Positions 1 through 12,691 of a stretch of 64,000 nucleotides of DNA are shown here, one piece after another. Each line of letters begins with the position of its first letter. Within the stretch, counting starts at the first letter, position 1. Source of the DNA: Lytechinus pictus. Taxonomy: Eukaryota. Under the pieces are notes generated by a model. It was not told the origin of the DNA and ran no database searches. It saw nothing but the letters and a program-made list of their open reading frames with translations. The DNA is taken from contig NC_087252.1 in the NCBI RefSeq assembly GCF_037042905.1, positions 1,490,001 to 1,554,000 of the forward strand, written 5' to 3'. The position numbers were made by a program, and so were the translations under genes.

Positions 1-202
1 GAGGGGACATCCCGATAGACCGCGGGTCCGATAGACCGCGGGTCCGTTAGACCGCGGGTCCGATAGACCGCGGGTCCGATAGTCCGCGGGTCCGATAGAC
101 CGCGGGTCCGATAGTCCGCAGTGTGTGTAAAATTATGATCAGATATATAAAATGTAATCGTGAGGTCCAAAGGTCAAATGATACGAGGCCATGGGGTTCT
201 AT

Positions 203-3200
203 CAGGTGCGGATCCATGGGGGGCCGAGGGGGAACTGCCTCAGCCCCCCCCCCCCCCCCCACCCCCAGCTCAAAAAAAGAGGGGGGGAGGGGAAAAGGGA
301 GAAAGAAAAAAAAGAGGAAGATGGGAAAAGAAGAGAATAGAAAAGAGAGTACGAAGGAGAAAGGAAGAGAAGAAAAAAAGAGAAGAAAAAGAGGAAAGGA
401 AAGACAAAGAAAATGGGAAAAGAAAAGGGGAAAGAAGAGAAAAAAGAGAGGAGGGAAAAGGAAGAGAAGAAAAGAAAGGAGAAGGGAAAAGGAGGAAAAA
501 GAAGGAAAAAAAAGAGGAAGGAATAGAAGAATATTTAAATAGAGGAAGATGGGAAGAAAGATAAGAAAAAAGAGAGAGAGGAAGAGGGGAAAAGAAGAAA
601 AGAAAGCGAGAGAGAGGGGAAGGGGGAGGGAGAGAAGAAAAAAAGATTAAAAGAAAAAAAGGGGGAAAGGAAAGAAAAGAAAAAGGGAAAAGTAAAGGGG
701 AAAGAGAAAAAAGAGGAAGAGGGGCAAAGAAAGAAAAGAAAAGAACGGAGTAAGGAAAAGGAGGAAAAGAAGAAGAAAAAAAGAGGAAGAAAGAGAATAA
801 TATTTAAAGAGAGAGGAAGATGGGAAAAAAGAAAAAAAAGAAAGAGTAAGGGGGGAGGAAGAGAAGAAAAACGAGAAAAGAGAGAGGAAAAGAGGGAAAG
901 AAAAGACAGAAAAAGAGAAGAAAAGGGGGAAAGAAAAGATGGGGGAAAAGGAGAAGAAAAGGGGGAAAGGAAGACAATAAATGAGAGAAGAAAAGGGGAA
1001 AATAAAGAGAAGAAAAAGAGAGAGAGAGGAGGAAAAGAAGAGAAGAAGAAAAGGGGAGAGGAAGAGGGGGAAAGAAAGAGAGAAAGAAAGAGAAAGGAAG
1101 GAAGGGGAATGAGGATAAGAGAAAGAAAAAAAGAAAGAAATGGAGATGGGAAACGGAAGAGGGAGATGTTGACCTGGACGTCGATTTGATGGCACCAAAA
1201 TGACGTTCGAACTATGGGGCGCCGAACTGATGTTTGAACTAGAGGGGGGCGCCAAATTAATATTCGAACTAGGGGAGCGCTAATTTGAATTTTGACTATA
1301 TGGCGACAAATACATGTTTCAGAGAGGGGGAGGGAGGGCAAAGTTATATTTCACATGGGGGCGCCAAGTTTATGTTCAACCGAGGGCGACAAATTGACCT
1401 TGAACTTAGGGGGCTTAATGCAAATTCATTTTTGACCGGGGGCGCAACATTGCTCGTATTGCCTGTTTATAGTGAAATATATGTCCTGCCCAAAAAACTT
1501 AAATTAATGCGGCTGAATTAAAATATCCCGTTTTTACGATAACAGACAAAACCAATGTTTTTGAGTTTTAAGTCTGTTTAGCGAGATAGATACCCTGTTC
1601 AGGGTCACAAAAAAGGGTTATTATCAAATTCAGCTCGCGCTACGCGCTTGCAATATTTGATTAATGAGGTATGCATCTTCTGCATCAATCCCACATGTAA
1701 GTGTTAGTGTTTTTCAAGTCAACATACATTGGCCGATCCAGGGGGCAAAGATTCCCCCCCCCCCCATGGTGGCGCAAAAAAGGGGTAAGAAACAGAAAAA
1801 AGAGAAAAAGGACAAGCAATTAGAATAGGAATTATACCTTAGTCTTTCTTAAGTCAGTATATAAAAAAATTGAGCTCGCGCTTCGCGCTGGCATCAATAA
1901 ATTGTTTAGTTATATACGCATCCCGACCTTACAGTTTTTAATGCGAACGAGAAGCACAAGCTGAAAATATTTGATATTCTAACCTGACAACTGAAAATGT
2001 ATTTTTCATTTCATCAAGTTTTCAGCTAGCGCTTCGCGGTCGCATTCATTTCTTAATAGATATGCATCGTGTTCATCATAACAACTACTAACATAGGCGG
2101 ATCCAGGCGGCCCGAGGGCAACCTCCCCCCTATTGACAGAGCAAATAAATTGGGAAAAACGGGGAAAGAAAAAAAGGGGGGAAGAAATTAGAAAAAAAGA
2201 AGACGAAACATAACAGGAGGAAGACGAGTGAATAAAATAAGGTCAGGAGAAGACTTGGAAAACAATTTTTGAAAATATTTAATGTCACTATATTAAAGTT
2301 TCGCTCGCGCATCGCGCTCGCATTGCCTGTTCGATGAAATACATATCTTGCTCAATATGCTGATATGTAGTTTAAAATATCAAATTTTGATATCAATATA
2401 CAAAACATAATTCAGCTCGGACATCGATCTTTCATTATTTTGTTTTATTTACCAATTTATGTTTTTAAGTGCTCTGGAAAATGTCCGTTTTATGGTTTGA
2501 ATCAACATTTACAACATTTTGTGCGCTCGCACTATTTGCCAAGTAGGCCTACCTATTGTCTTTTTGTATTTCATTTTGTCTCGATTGTAAAAAAATAATA
2601 ATAAAGGCCTATGAGCTAGCGCTGTGCGCTCGCATTTTGATTGATGAGTTATGTATACCTATATATTAATTCTATAACAAACTACTTAAATCCCCCCATT
2701 AAAAAATTCCGGATCGCGATTTGCGCTCGCATTATTTGCTAAAAATATATCAACCAATGAATCCTATTCATGATTACAAAAATACTTAAAATATCCAGTT
2801 TTCAGGCCTCATGCACTGTCAACAAATTTCACACGCTAGGTTTAACAGATTAATAAACATTAAATAAAATTTGTGTGAATTCATAATAACTAAATTGTCC
2901 CTTTTTCAGAAATAAATATCGACAAGTTTTAGGAAAAGAAATAGAAGACAGTCATCATTCTTATATGATGACAAAATGTCCTTAGGCCTAAAATGTCTCG
3001 ATCCTAGGTCAAAATAATAATAAAATATCAGCTCGCGCTTCGCGCTCGCATTATTTATATAGTGCTATCAAATTTCACTATATACACAGTGCTGTAAACA
3101 GTGCTTAAATTGACCCTTTTCATATTGGAATTTCAAATATTTTTTTCAGCTCGGGCTCTGCGCTCGCATTATTGATTTTTATGATGAAAAATGAAATGTA

Positions 3201-4821
3201 TTCAGATTGCCAGGATTCTGTCGAACTCTAAAACACGCGCACGCATGTTTTTTTGAGATACAAAGCTTGATCTTATTCAAAATGTGCTAAAATTATCCAG
3301 TTTCGGATCAGAATATCAAAAATTTTCTGCTCGCGCTTTGTGCTCGCATTATTATTGTAAAAAGATACCAAAAATTACCCATGCTTTTTCATGATTGACA
3401 AACATGAATCGAATGTCCCATAGGGGGATTTGAAATCTCATCTTTTTAGGTTGGAATATCAAAAATGTTCAGCTCGCGCTTCGCGCTCGCATTATTTAAT
3501 CGTTGAAATATGTATCGTCTTAATGGCTAACTACAAAACATCCTTAACAGGTCCCTTTTCGACCAGGCCAGAACGAATATTTAACATTTCTGCTCGCGCT
3601 TCGCGCTCGTGGTAATTATCTAGTTACATACGCGTCCTGTTCAGGTTCACAAACATTGCCCAAAATGTTCAATTTTCAGGACAAAATACATGAAATTTCA
3701 TTTTTAGATTACATAGGGCTTAAGAGATTATTACACATTTATGTGGCTTATAAAGTAAAGCTAGGAAATGACTGTTAGGACATGGGCGTTTTGCCCACCC
3801 CCCCCCCCAAAAAAAAAAAAGAGAGAATCAAGACTAAGAAAAAATAGAGAGAAAAGGAAATGGATTAGGATGAAATATAATATTATTTACCAAATATTAT
3901 GTCAAAATCTATCACAACCTTGTATTTTTGTAATAAAAATGTCGGCATATTTGCTTGCTCGCTTCGCTCACTGGCAACTTCTTATTAATTTTATGCGATA
4001 CACCATATCGAGCCCCCTCGAAATTGTTGGCTCATTACGGCACTGGGACAACCCCTTCAAAGAAAAAAAAATCAACTTTGAGCGGCCGATCGGGGAAAAT
4101 ATGGGTGAAAAATGGCCCCTCCCCCTACTGGCGGAAGATGGGTCCGCCCCTGACTTAGGCTTTCAGGATATAATACATGAAAAATCTATTTAAAAAAATC
4201 AGATCGCGCTTCGCGTTCTCATTATTTATTTAGGCCATGTGAGAGACCTCAATGTGTTTTTAAGAATGAAATCTCAGATTTTCTTTAACGTCTACCCCCC
4301 TCCCACTTCATTTATTTTTTTTAACTTGGTGCCGTCGCCACCCCCCCCCCCCCCCCGTGCACCCATGCTGAATAAATACGCCACTGATGAGGAGAATTAG
4401 TCGATTGCTTCGAGATTGCATTATTCCCAAGAGGTTATCATTAATATTATTGAAGGGTATTCTAATTCAACAGTACAGAAACTACAGCTCTCGTTCACAC
4501 AATATTCTAGTAGGGCCTACTCTGGTTAGAAGTTACACCAATTTGAACACCCCCCCCCCCCCCATCGCTCGTGGTTCGCGCTCCCATTGATATCACATTA
4601 TACATGTATATTGAAGGATTTTTTTTTTTTTATAGAACACATGAAAAAGTGGTCTTTGTTTTTTTTTAATGTGATTATAAGATAATTCAAAATCCATTTA
4701 AGGCACTTAAGTTAGCCTGGCCAGGAGGGAGTGGGCGCCATTTTTCGAAAAGTACACATGGGCGCCAAAAATTAGGTCAAATTCCCCCCTCCCTCCCCAC
4801 GAAATCCTGGATCCGCACCTG
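203..4821. mobile_element. Non-autonomous hAT-like element (4.6 kb) inserted in the left arm of the foldback
   Basis: Perfect 14-bp TIR CAGGTGCGGATCCA / TGGATCCGCACCTG; 8-bp TSD GGTTCTAT (195-202, 4822-4829); further hAT-like ends inside (about 1727, 2092, 4152, 4386); no transposase ORF. Confidence 0.88.
265..1165 (+). repeat. Polypurine (GA/AAAG-rich) low-complexity tract
   Basis: About 900 nt almost entirely A/G; source of the spurious K/E/R and F/S/L ORFs. Confidence 0.95.
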
Positions 4822-5013
4822 GGTTCTATAACAATAACCCAATTAGGGCAATCACCCCCTGACAACTACTTCAAGGAAAACATTATCCCCATATTTTTAC
4901 CGCCGGGGACTGTTACCCCCCCCCCCGGAAATTTACTCTCCAGACGGAGCCTTGAAACTGCCATCAACGTGAAGACATGGCGTGGTACTTTATCTTGCCA
5001 TGTCTTAATTAAT

Positions 5014-5343
5014 CATTGGTGGCGGAAGGCAAAAAAAATTAGGGGGTCCACCTAAAATTTTGGGATGGACACAGGTAAAAATTTTGACAAGCAAATCAAC
5101 CAAAATTTATAGGAGGGACCACCAAAATTTCTTGACAAGAAAAAAAAAAGGTTATCAACCAAAATTAGGGGGGGGGGGGACAAAAAGATTTTAGGGGGGC
5201 CCACCTCAATTTAGGGGGGTGGACGTAGAAAACAAATTGACAAGCAAACAAAAAGGTTCTCAACTAAAGATCTAGGGGGGACCGTCCCCCACCTCAAATT
5301 TAGAGGGGAAATACCCCCCCCCCCCCCGCTTCCACCGCCTAAG
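5014..5343. mobile_element. hAT-like MITE nested in the foldback
   Basis: Imperfect TIR CATTGGTGGCGGAAG / CTTCCACCGCCTAAG; 8-bp TSD TAATTAAT (5006-5013, 5344-5351); internal AAATTTTGACAAG subrepeats. Confidence 0.8.
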
Positions 5344-6970
5344 TAATTAATACGCTTATTATTTCGACATAGCGATATATTCTATCTTGTCAAGTCGATA
5401 TGTCCACATGGCGAGATATGAAGTGTACAAGTCCCGGCGAGAATCCCGATATATCGCCTTGCTGACATGTAACTTATTTAAGTCGACTTGGCAAGATAAA
5501 ATATCTCGCCATGTTGACATATAACTTTTTATAAGTGGACTGGCTTGGCAGGATAACGTATCGCGCCATGCGGACATAATAAGCTTATTTAGTCGACAAG
5601 GCAAGATAAAGTATCTCGCCATGTCGTCAAGTCGATGGCATTTTAGAGGCTCCGTATGGCGTCTAGAGGGTAAATTTCCGGGGGGAGGGGGGTAACAGTC
5701 CCTGCACGATAAAAATATGGGAATAATATTTTCCTTGAAGTAGATGTCAGGGGGCGATTGTCCTTTGGGTCATCGTTATAGAACCCCATGGACTCGTATC
5801 ATTGGCCTTTTGACCTCTTGATGACATTGGATCTCACTATATCCTGATCATAATTTTACACACACCGCGGACTATCGGACCCGCGGTCTATCGGACCCGC
5901 GGTCTATCGGACCCGCGGACTATCGGACCCGCGGTCTATCGGACCCGCGGTCTATCGGACCCGCGGACTATCGGACCCGCGGACTATCGGACCCGCGGTC
6001 TATCGGACCCGCGGTCTATCGGGCTGTAACCGTGAAAGACGGTGAAGAGAGAGGGAGAGGAGGCCCTGGAGAAAGTGACGGGAAGAGGAATGGGGGGGGG
6101 GGGGGGGGGTGTGGGAACGTGGAGTGTCCCCGGGGTGTGTCTGGGGAGTGAGGGGGTGTTGTATAATATTAAGGTAGAATGCCTTCCTGGGAGGCCAACT
6201 TCATGTCGAAGCGGAGATGCACTTGACAATACTTAAAAGGAAGGATGAGGCTTCGGCAAACATCTTTATCAATTTATTTTACAAGTAAACGAATAAGAGT
6301 CACACAAAACGTCGACATGAACTCCCTTTAAGCCCTTTGGAGGTACTCTGCCCCCCCCCCCCCCCGTACACCAATAAAGCAACTAAATTATTCTGGTCCA
6401 AATAAACAATACAAATTTTCAGGTCTAAAATATGAGTTTTAGACCGAGAGATAATTTTTAGATTTTTAGTTGCATGAGCACAGACTGTAAGACGTACAAC
6501 AAAAGAGGGCGTTTGTAGAAAAAAGTTTGCGTCAGGCCGAGGCAACTCCGTGAGTTCAAAACACCACCTTTCTCTCACTATTTCTTATTTTGCGTTTACA
6601 TTTAGAAAAAAAAGAGGAGGAAGAAAAATTAATCCATGTTACCCGATCAAATCTGCATCTTGCGATTCCAGCAACAGCCAAGGGCCTAACTTTTTTTTCT
6701 TTTCTCAGAAATAGCACTTCCAACCAGTAATCCCTTGCTAATGCTATTTGGTCCGTCCTGTTCAAAAGATGGATTAATCGATTTTGTTTTTAGTTCGCTT
6801 TTCATCCAACAATGGTCTTGATCTGGGATTTCCAACTACACGTGAATAGGAAGGAGGAGTATCAGATACTCAAAAGGGCGAATGTAAGATAACAGTGTTT
6901 GATGCGACAACAGAGCTTTAAAAACACAGTTGTCGCATCATTATTTGTTAAGATGGTGTGCATACACTGG

Positions 6971-7236
6971 CGATGGTGGTGGTGATGATGGTGATGATGA
7001 TGATGATGAAAATGGTGATGATGATGATGATGATGATGGTGGTGATGATGATGATGATGATAATGGTGATGATGATGATGATAATGATGAATATGATGAT
7101 GATAATGACGATGATGACGATGATGGTGATGATGGTGATGGATGATGGTGATGATGATAATGATGATGATGAATATGATGATGACGATGATGATGATGAT
7201 GGTGATGATGGTGATGGATGATGGTGATGATGATGG

Positions 7237-7274
<38 letters not shown>

Positions 7275-7377
7275 GTGATGATGATGGTGATGATGATGGT
7301 GATGATGATGATGATAATGATGATGATGAATATGATGATGATGGTGATGATGATGATGTATATGATGATGATGATGG

Positions 7378-7408
<31 letters not shown>

Positions 7409-7607
7409 GATGCTGATGATGATGATGCTGATGATGATGAAAATGGTGATGATGAATATGATGATGATAATGACGATGATGACGATGATGGTGATGGATG
7501 ATGGTGATGATGATGGTGATGGTGATGATGATGATGATGATGATGATGATGGTGATGGATGATGGTGATGGATGATGAATATGATGATGATGATGGTGAT
7601 GATGATG

Positions 7608-7639
<32 letters not shown>

Positions 7640-7896
7640 GATGATGGTGATGATGATGCTGATGATGATGATGCTGATGATGATGAAAATGCTGATGATG
7701 ATGATGATGAATATGATGATGACGATGACGATGATGATGATGATGATGGTAATGGATGATGGTGATGATGATGATGATGAATATGATGATGACGATGATG
7801 ACGATGATGGTGATGGATGATGGTGATGGATGATGATGATAATGATGATGATGAATATGATGATGATGATAATGATGATGATGAATATGATGATGG

Positions 7897-7942
<46 letters not shown>

Positions 7943-8014
7943 GATGCTGATGATGATGATGATGAATATGATTATGATGATGATGATGATAATGTTGATG
8001 ATGATGATGATGAT
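6971..8014 (+). repeat. (GAT/GGT)n microsatellite array
   Basis: About 1 kb of degenerate GAT triplets with recurring GAATAT and GGTGATGGAT variants. Confidence 0.97.
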
Positions 8015-9943
8015 AGGTCAGAGAGAAAGATGTTCTTTAAAATGTACTTTCTCTAATTTCTGTTTTTTTTTTCTTCAATTTATTGTGCTCGTGTCTGCCC
8101 TAATTTGGAAATTTCTATCCCAATTGATAATTGCTCAATTGTTCCAAATTTTAGAGCAAGTTTTCCATTATGACGTTAATCATCATCGACCGATCATGAA
8201 TTGTGGTTGCTTTCCAAAACAATCGAAACTTTTATTTTTAAGCTGCAGGTTTATCCAGATTATTGATCAAAATAATATGTGATTGTTATAAAATGTTATT
8301 TTTGCACACAATGTTACATAATTCTATTTGAAAAGATAATAAAATAATTTAAATATTTCTTACAGCCACAATGTATATTATGGAACCATACACTTCTATC
8401 ACAAACATAAAGTGTTCATTTTCCCTCGTTTGCTGCACTCGCTCACACAAGTCATATATATTATCACTATATGGTTTAAACAAGCAAACTAATCTAGAAA
8501 GCAAGAAGAGGAAACCAATTTTAATTACAGAGCATGGTTTCGGAAGCTAATGATTTAGCTGAGCGAGATGACCGAAAATATAAATCATTATGACAAAATA
8601 TAATATCTTCATCTAATTTTTTTTCTCGCATCACTCGTTCTTTATATCTATAAGACAGTGTAATTTTGGAATTACATCCTTATTGGCATATTGTAATTAT
8701 AGTATGCAAAATTTTGCAGTTATGTGATCATTGTTACCCTCTATTTTATTGAATGAAAAAATATATTTAGCGAAAAAAAAAGACCGGTTTGTTCCATTTG
8801 CAGTGATTTGCATACGAGCTAATCGAGCGAGCCAAAATGCCCACATAAATTTGTGGTATCAAGGAAAAATGGGAAGAGGGTATACCTACAATGATGGAGA
8901 TAGGTGAGGATAAAGAGTAAGGCGAGGGAGAGTCGGTCGATGTGGGAGAGATGCACGGGCCTATCTATGGAGAGGGGGATGGCGAGAGGATGAGATAGCT
9001 AGAGGCAGTGAAGGGGAGGGATGAGGGGCGGGGGAAGAGGGATTGGGGATGGAGCTAGGGGGGGGGGGCTGGAAGTGTGGGAGGAGATAGAGGGGTTGCA
9101 TGATTGTATATGGCTTAGGATGCCTTCATTGAAGCTACTGAGCAAGGAGAGGCGGAGATAGGATGGGGGGGGGGGGAGAGGGGTAAGACAAAGGTGTCAG
9201 TATACATCGACGAATTCTCTGCAAAATCTAGGGCGTCCATCCCAATAAAAATGTCGTCTCACTCTCGCTCCCCATACATACCCATCCCCCCTTCATGTTA
9301 TACCAACTTTCTACGGGATGTCTGCCCATCGACCAATGCGAGATGCTGGTGGTGTGACGTCATTACCTACGTCAAAAACCTTCATTCCATGTCTTCTCGA
9401 AGCCCGTGATGAGCGGGAGATCGATCGCGGTTGTCATGGTAATGAGTATCACTTTCCTCGCGTACGCTCCGCATGGATGGTGTGTGTGTGTGTGTGGGGG
9501 GGGGGGTGTCTCTAGTTTGTTCTCGCTGAGGTCTCGTTAGTTGGGTAAATGCAAATTAATGCCAAACAACAATACGATCAAGAAAAAGCATTCTCTAATT
9601 CAGCCAAGACAAAGTACTGGTGATAAAGCCGTGGGGGAGGGGTTATACTTATACCACTCCAGTCACCTCTATATCCTTTAAACTTTTATGACCCCCTTAC
9701 CTGTAATTATGGGAATAATCCTTTCTGTAAAAGTAATTAAGCAAGTCCGTAGCCGGGGGGGGGGGGGGGGTCCGATCAAATCCTCCCATTCTCCCAAAGG
9801 AATAAAACAAAAAATAGGGAAGGAAATATATATATTTTCGGGGACGAAATTTAAAACAATTTTTACAGAAGATTTTTTTTAATTATTATAATTCTCTGGT
9901 AAGGGATCGAAACCCTAATTGAAAACCCTGGCCACGGGGCTGA

Positions 9944-9946
<3 letters not shown>

Positions 9947-9988
<42 letters not shown>
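9947..9988 (+). repeat. (GA)n microsatellite
   Basis: Pure GA dinucleotide run. Confidence 0.95.
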
Positions 9989-10000
<12 letters not shown>

Positions 10001-11661
10001 TAAAGTAATAAATCGGAAGGTTACTTTAGTATGATGAATAATAATAATGATCATAAGGCGATGATGATTACAATTTTGATGACGATGGCGATAATTAGAT
10101 GATAATAATAAAAATAAAGATACTACTTCTAAAAATAACATTGCCGGTATTATTAGTAATAAAAACAAAAATGATAATGCTGACACTCATAATCATATTC
10201 AAAACATTTTCTTTGTTCCAGATTAACAAAGAAGATTTCAGTTTTGACATTAAACCACAATACGGTATACAAAAGGTTTGAGTTGTGTATGTCTGCCATT
10301 TGCAGTATTTTGATTCCTAGGTGGTGCTCTTAATGCATGGAAAATTCACGTGGCATCATATAGAGGATTGTAACATTTGTATGGATTGGTTATAGATCTC
10401 TCTATTACTTTGTTTCGAATAAAAGTTCAGTAATAATAATTTATATCTTTAACAATATAACAAAATCAGCCATGTCAGTCTCCCTTTTCCTTTGAAAGTT
10501 CTTGTTTCTAAATACTTAACATTTTTCGCCCAATATATTGAACGACAGAGAGGCGTTTTAAGACAGTGTACACTGGTTTAACGGTTGAATAATGAATGAC
10601 GTACAATGTGACCTTTTGTGCAAATTTTCTTTCCTCTTGACTTTTATTTCTGCGAAAGAGTTTGTCACTGTAAAGTTGCCCCTATAGATGGCGCTATAGC
10701 AAAAACAAGATGAAAACGACACCGATCGCCGCTGATGATCCATCGTTATATGGGGATATACTCTCACAGAGCTAGATTTTCATTTTTTTAAAAGGTCAGT
10801 ATTTTTGCTTGTTCGCTTTGCTCACTCGTTACGATTAAGAAACTGTATCTACATAGACCTACGTCGTGTTGTTTGCCTCGACATTTTGCCTCATTACGAA
10901 ACTGCTCTCATCTTTAGTACCAGACCAGTCAGACAGGTTTTTTTGCTCTTTTATGTCTATTTTTCTCTCTCATGATGTAAATTATAACTGCGCGAAGCGC
11001 TGGAACTAAGCTCTCTGATCTGATTAACATATAGGAGATGAAGTATCACATGACTGAAATTCAGTGTATCTTCGCCATTCAAATAATTAAGAACATGGTC
11101 ATAATGAAGCACATTAAAACAGACCGTATATAAACTTATAGCAGAAAATGGTTATGAGGGCGTAGACCCCCTGTCTACGGATGGGTGGGGGGGGGGGGGG
11201 GGGGGGGGGAGGGCAGAGACTTAATTGCAGAGTGAGCCAATTATATGAGGGGGGGGTTGTTGAGGATGAAGGGAATCGTCGAGCAAGCAAACATTTCGAC
11301 CATTTTTAGACAAAAATATAATTTTTGGATAGATTTTGACACAAAATTCAAAGAATATAGTAGGCCTATATAATATTTCACTATTTCCCATTCCCTAATA
11401 CTTTCCTTTCTCCCCTTTTCCCTGCATGGTCATGAAACCTTTTTTTCTGGGGTGGGGGAGGGGATCTCACCCAGACATCTCTACATCTTACTCCCAAGTT
11501 GGCAATCGTATACGGTTGCGTGGATCAGAAGGGGGGGGGGGGGGTATTGCGCTCTATCTATTATTTTGATGCAAATGCTTTCATGGCGTTTAAAATAAAT
11601 TGGATAGCACTGGAAAAGACCTCGAGGTAGGCCCTATTTGTTAGAAATGTAGGATGGGTAC

Positions 11662-11847
11662 CAGTGGCGTACCTAGGATTTTCCACAGGGGGGGGGGGGG
11701 GCAAAATCGGCAGTGGCGTACCTAGGATTTTCCACAGGAGGGGGGGGGGCAAAATCGGCCGCCAAAAAAATTGACAAGCAAAAAAAAAAAAAAAAAAAAG
11801 GTCTTCAATAAAAAATAAAGGTTATTTTTCCAGAAAAAAAATTGACA

Positions 11848-11882
<35 letters not shown>

Positions 11883-12052
11883 CGTCAGGGGGGGGGGGGC
11901 AATAAAGGTCTTCAAGCTCGTCAGGGGGGCATAAAAGGTCTTTCAAGTTCGTCGGGGGGGGGGGGCAGTGATATGTATTTTGTATGGGTTGTGGCTCGTC
12001 AGGGGGGGGCAGAGTGCCCCCCCTGCCCCCCCCCCCCGTAGGTACGCTAGTG
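11662..12052. mobile_element. hAT-like MITE 385 bp upstream of the ATG
   Basis: TIR CAGTGGCGTACCTA / TAGGTACGCTAGTG; 8-bp TSD ATGGGTAC (11654-11661, 12053-12060). Confidence 0.88.
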
Positions 12053-12349
12053 ATGGGTACTGCAAAATGTCTTTCATCGGAGACGGAAAGGAGAGGAGAG
12101 AGAGAGAAAAAAAAGAGAAGTTAAGGGGTGTGTCCCTTATCATTCACATACATGTATGTTTGAGCTCCCGTCATAATTTATATCGGGATTTTCTTTCACA
12201 GACTGCAGTATGTAAATCAAATCTTTGGAATGCTAGTGTGCTCACATACATTCTAACTTTTCAATTAAACAATTATAGTATTTGCAGCTCGTTGTTTATA
12301 TAAAAACATGATGAAAAATAATTTTTGAGATCAAGTTCTTCCAAAACCA

Positions 12350-12436
12350 TTTCGCGGGACCTCGCGATATCGCTCCTGATTTAATTTATAAACAATGATG
12401 ACGTCACCGGTTCAAACCCAGAGATCCTCCAGAAAC
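12350..12436 (+). promoter_or_regulatory. Putative SORL1 core promoter / 5' UTR
   Basis: CpG-rich patch (TCGCGGGA, CTCGCGAT), TATAAA-like at about 12387, perfect CRE TGACGTCA at 12399-12406 just upstream of the ATG. TSS not determined. Confidence 0.5.
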
Positions 12437-12691
12437 ATGGCGACCGGATTTTTACGAATCCTTTTTCTGGTGCATATATTATCACTCTTAAGTGTTTCAG
12501 TGCATTCTTTCAGACCAGGATCGAGGTCAAAAACTCTAAATTTTCCTCACCAAGAAATCAATGATGGAATAAAAAGGATAAGGCGGAGTATCCCCACTGA
12601 AAATGCAGCGTCTTCTTCGCGGTCGCGGACGGCAAGACAAGCGGAGAGCTCAGCCGACGATTCCGGGGGACATGGTATTCAAGTCACGAAG
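12437..12691 (+). CDS. SORL1: SORL1 exon 1: signal peptide and propeptide
   Basis: aaacATGG start context, hydrophobic [17 protein letters not shown], furin-type RIRR and RTAR sites, donor AAG|gtttgt, 85 codons. An in-frame ATG lies upstream at 12395. Confidence 0.85.

Larger units (their letters stand above)
3..6031. mobile_element. Non-autonomous foldback (TU-like) DNA transposon, about 1.06 kb without its two nested insertions
   Basis: Termini GGGGACATCCCGATAG and (rc) GGTTACAGCCCGATAG. A 16-bp unit CCGATAGACCGCGGGT occurs 7x at 12-119 and inverted 10x at about 5867-6023. The unique inner arm (120-202 plus 4830-5005) is the inverse of about 5597-5866. Confidence 0.85.

Noticed and set aside
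12..119. 16-bp repeats (also 5867-6023) as a CRISPR array
   Set aside because: Head-to-tail repeats with no spacers, no cas genes, eukaryotic context; they are transposon subterminal repeats.
123..1341. Long K/E/R-rich and F/S/L-rich ORFs
   Set aside because: By-products of the polypurine tract inside a non-autonomous transposon.
6930..8282. Poly-Asp / poly-Met ORFs (also 53169-54018) as acidic biomineralisation proteins
   Set aside because: They are (GAT)n microsatellites with frequent 1-nt frame slips, no signal peptide and no splice support; the second lies in an intron after an in-frame stop.
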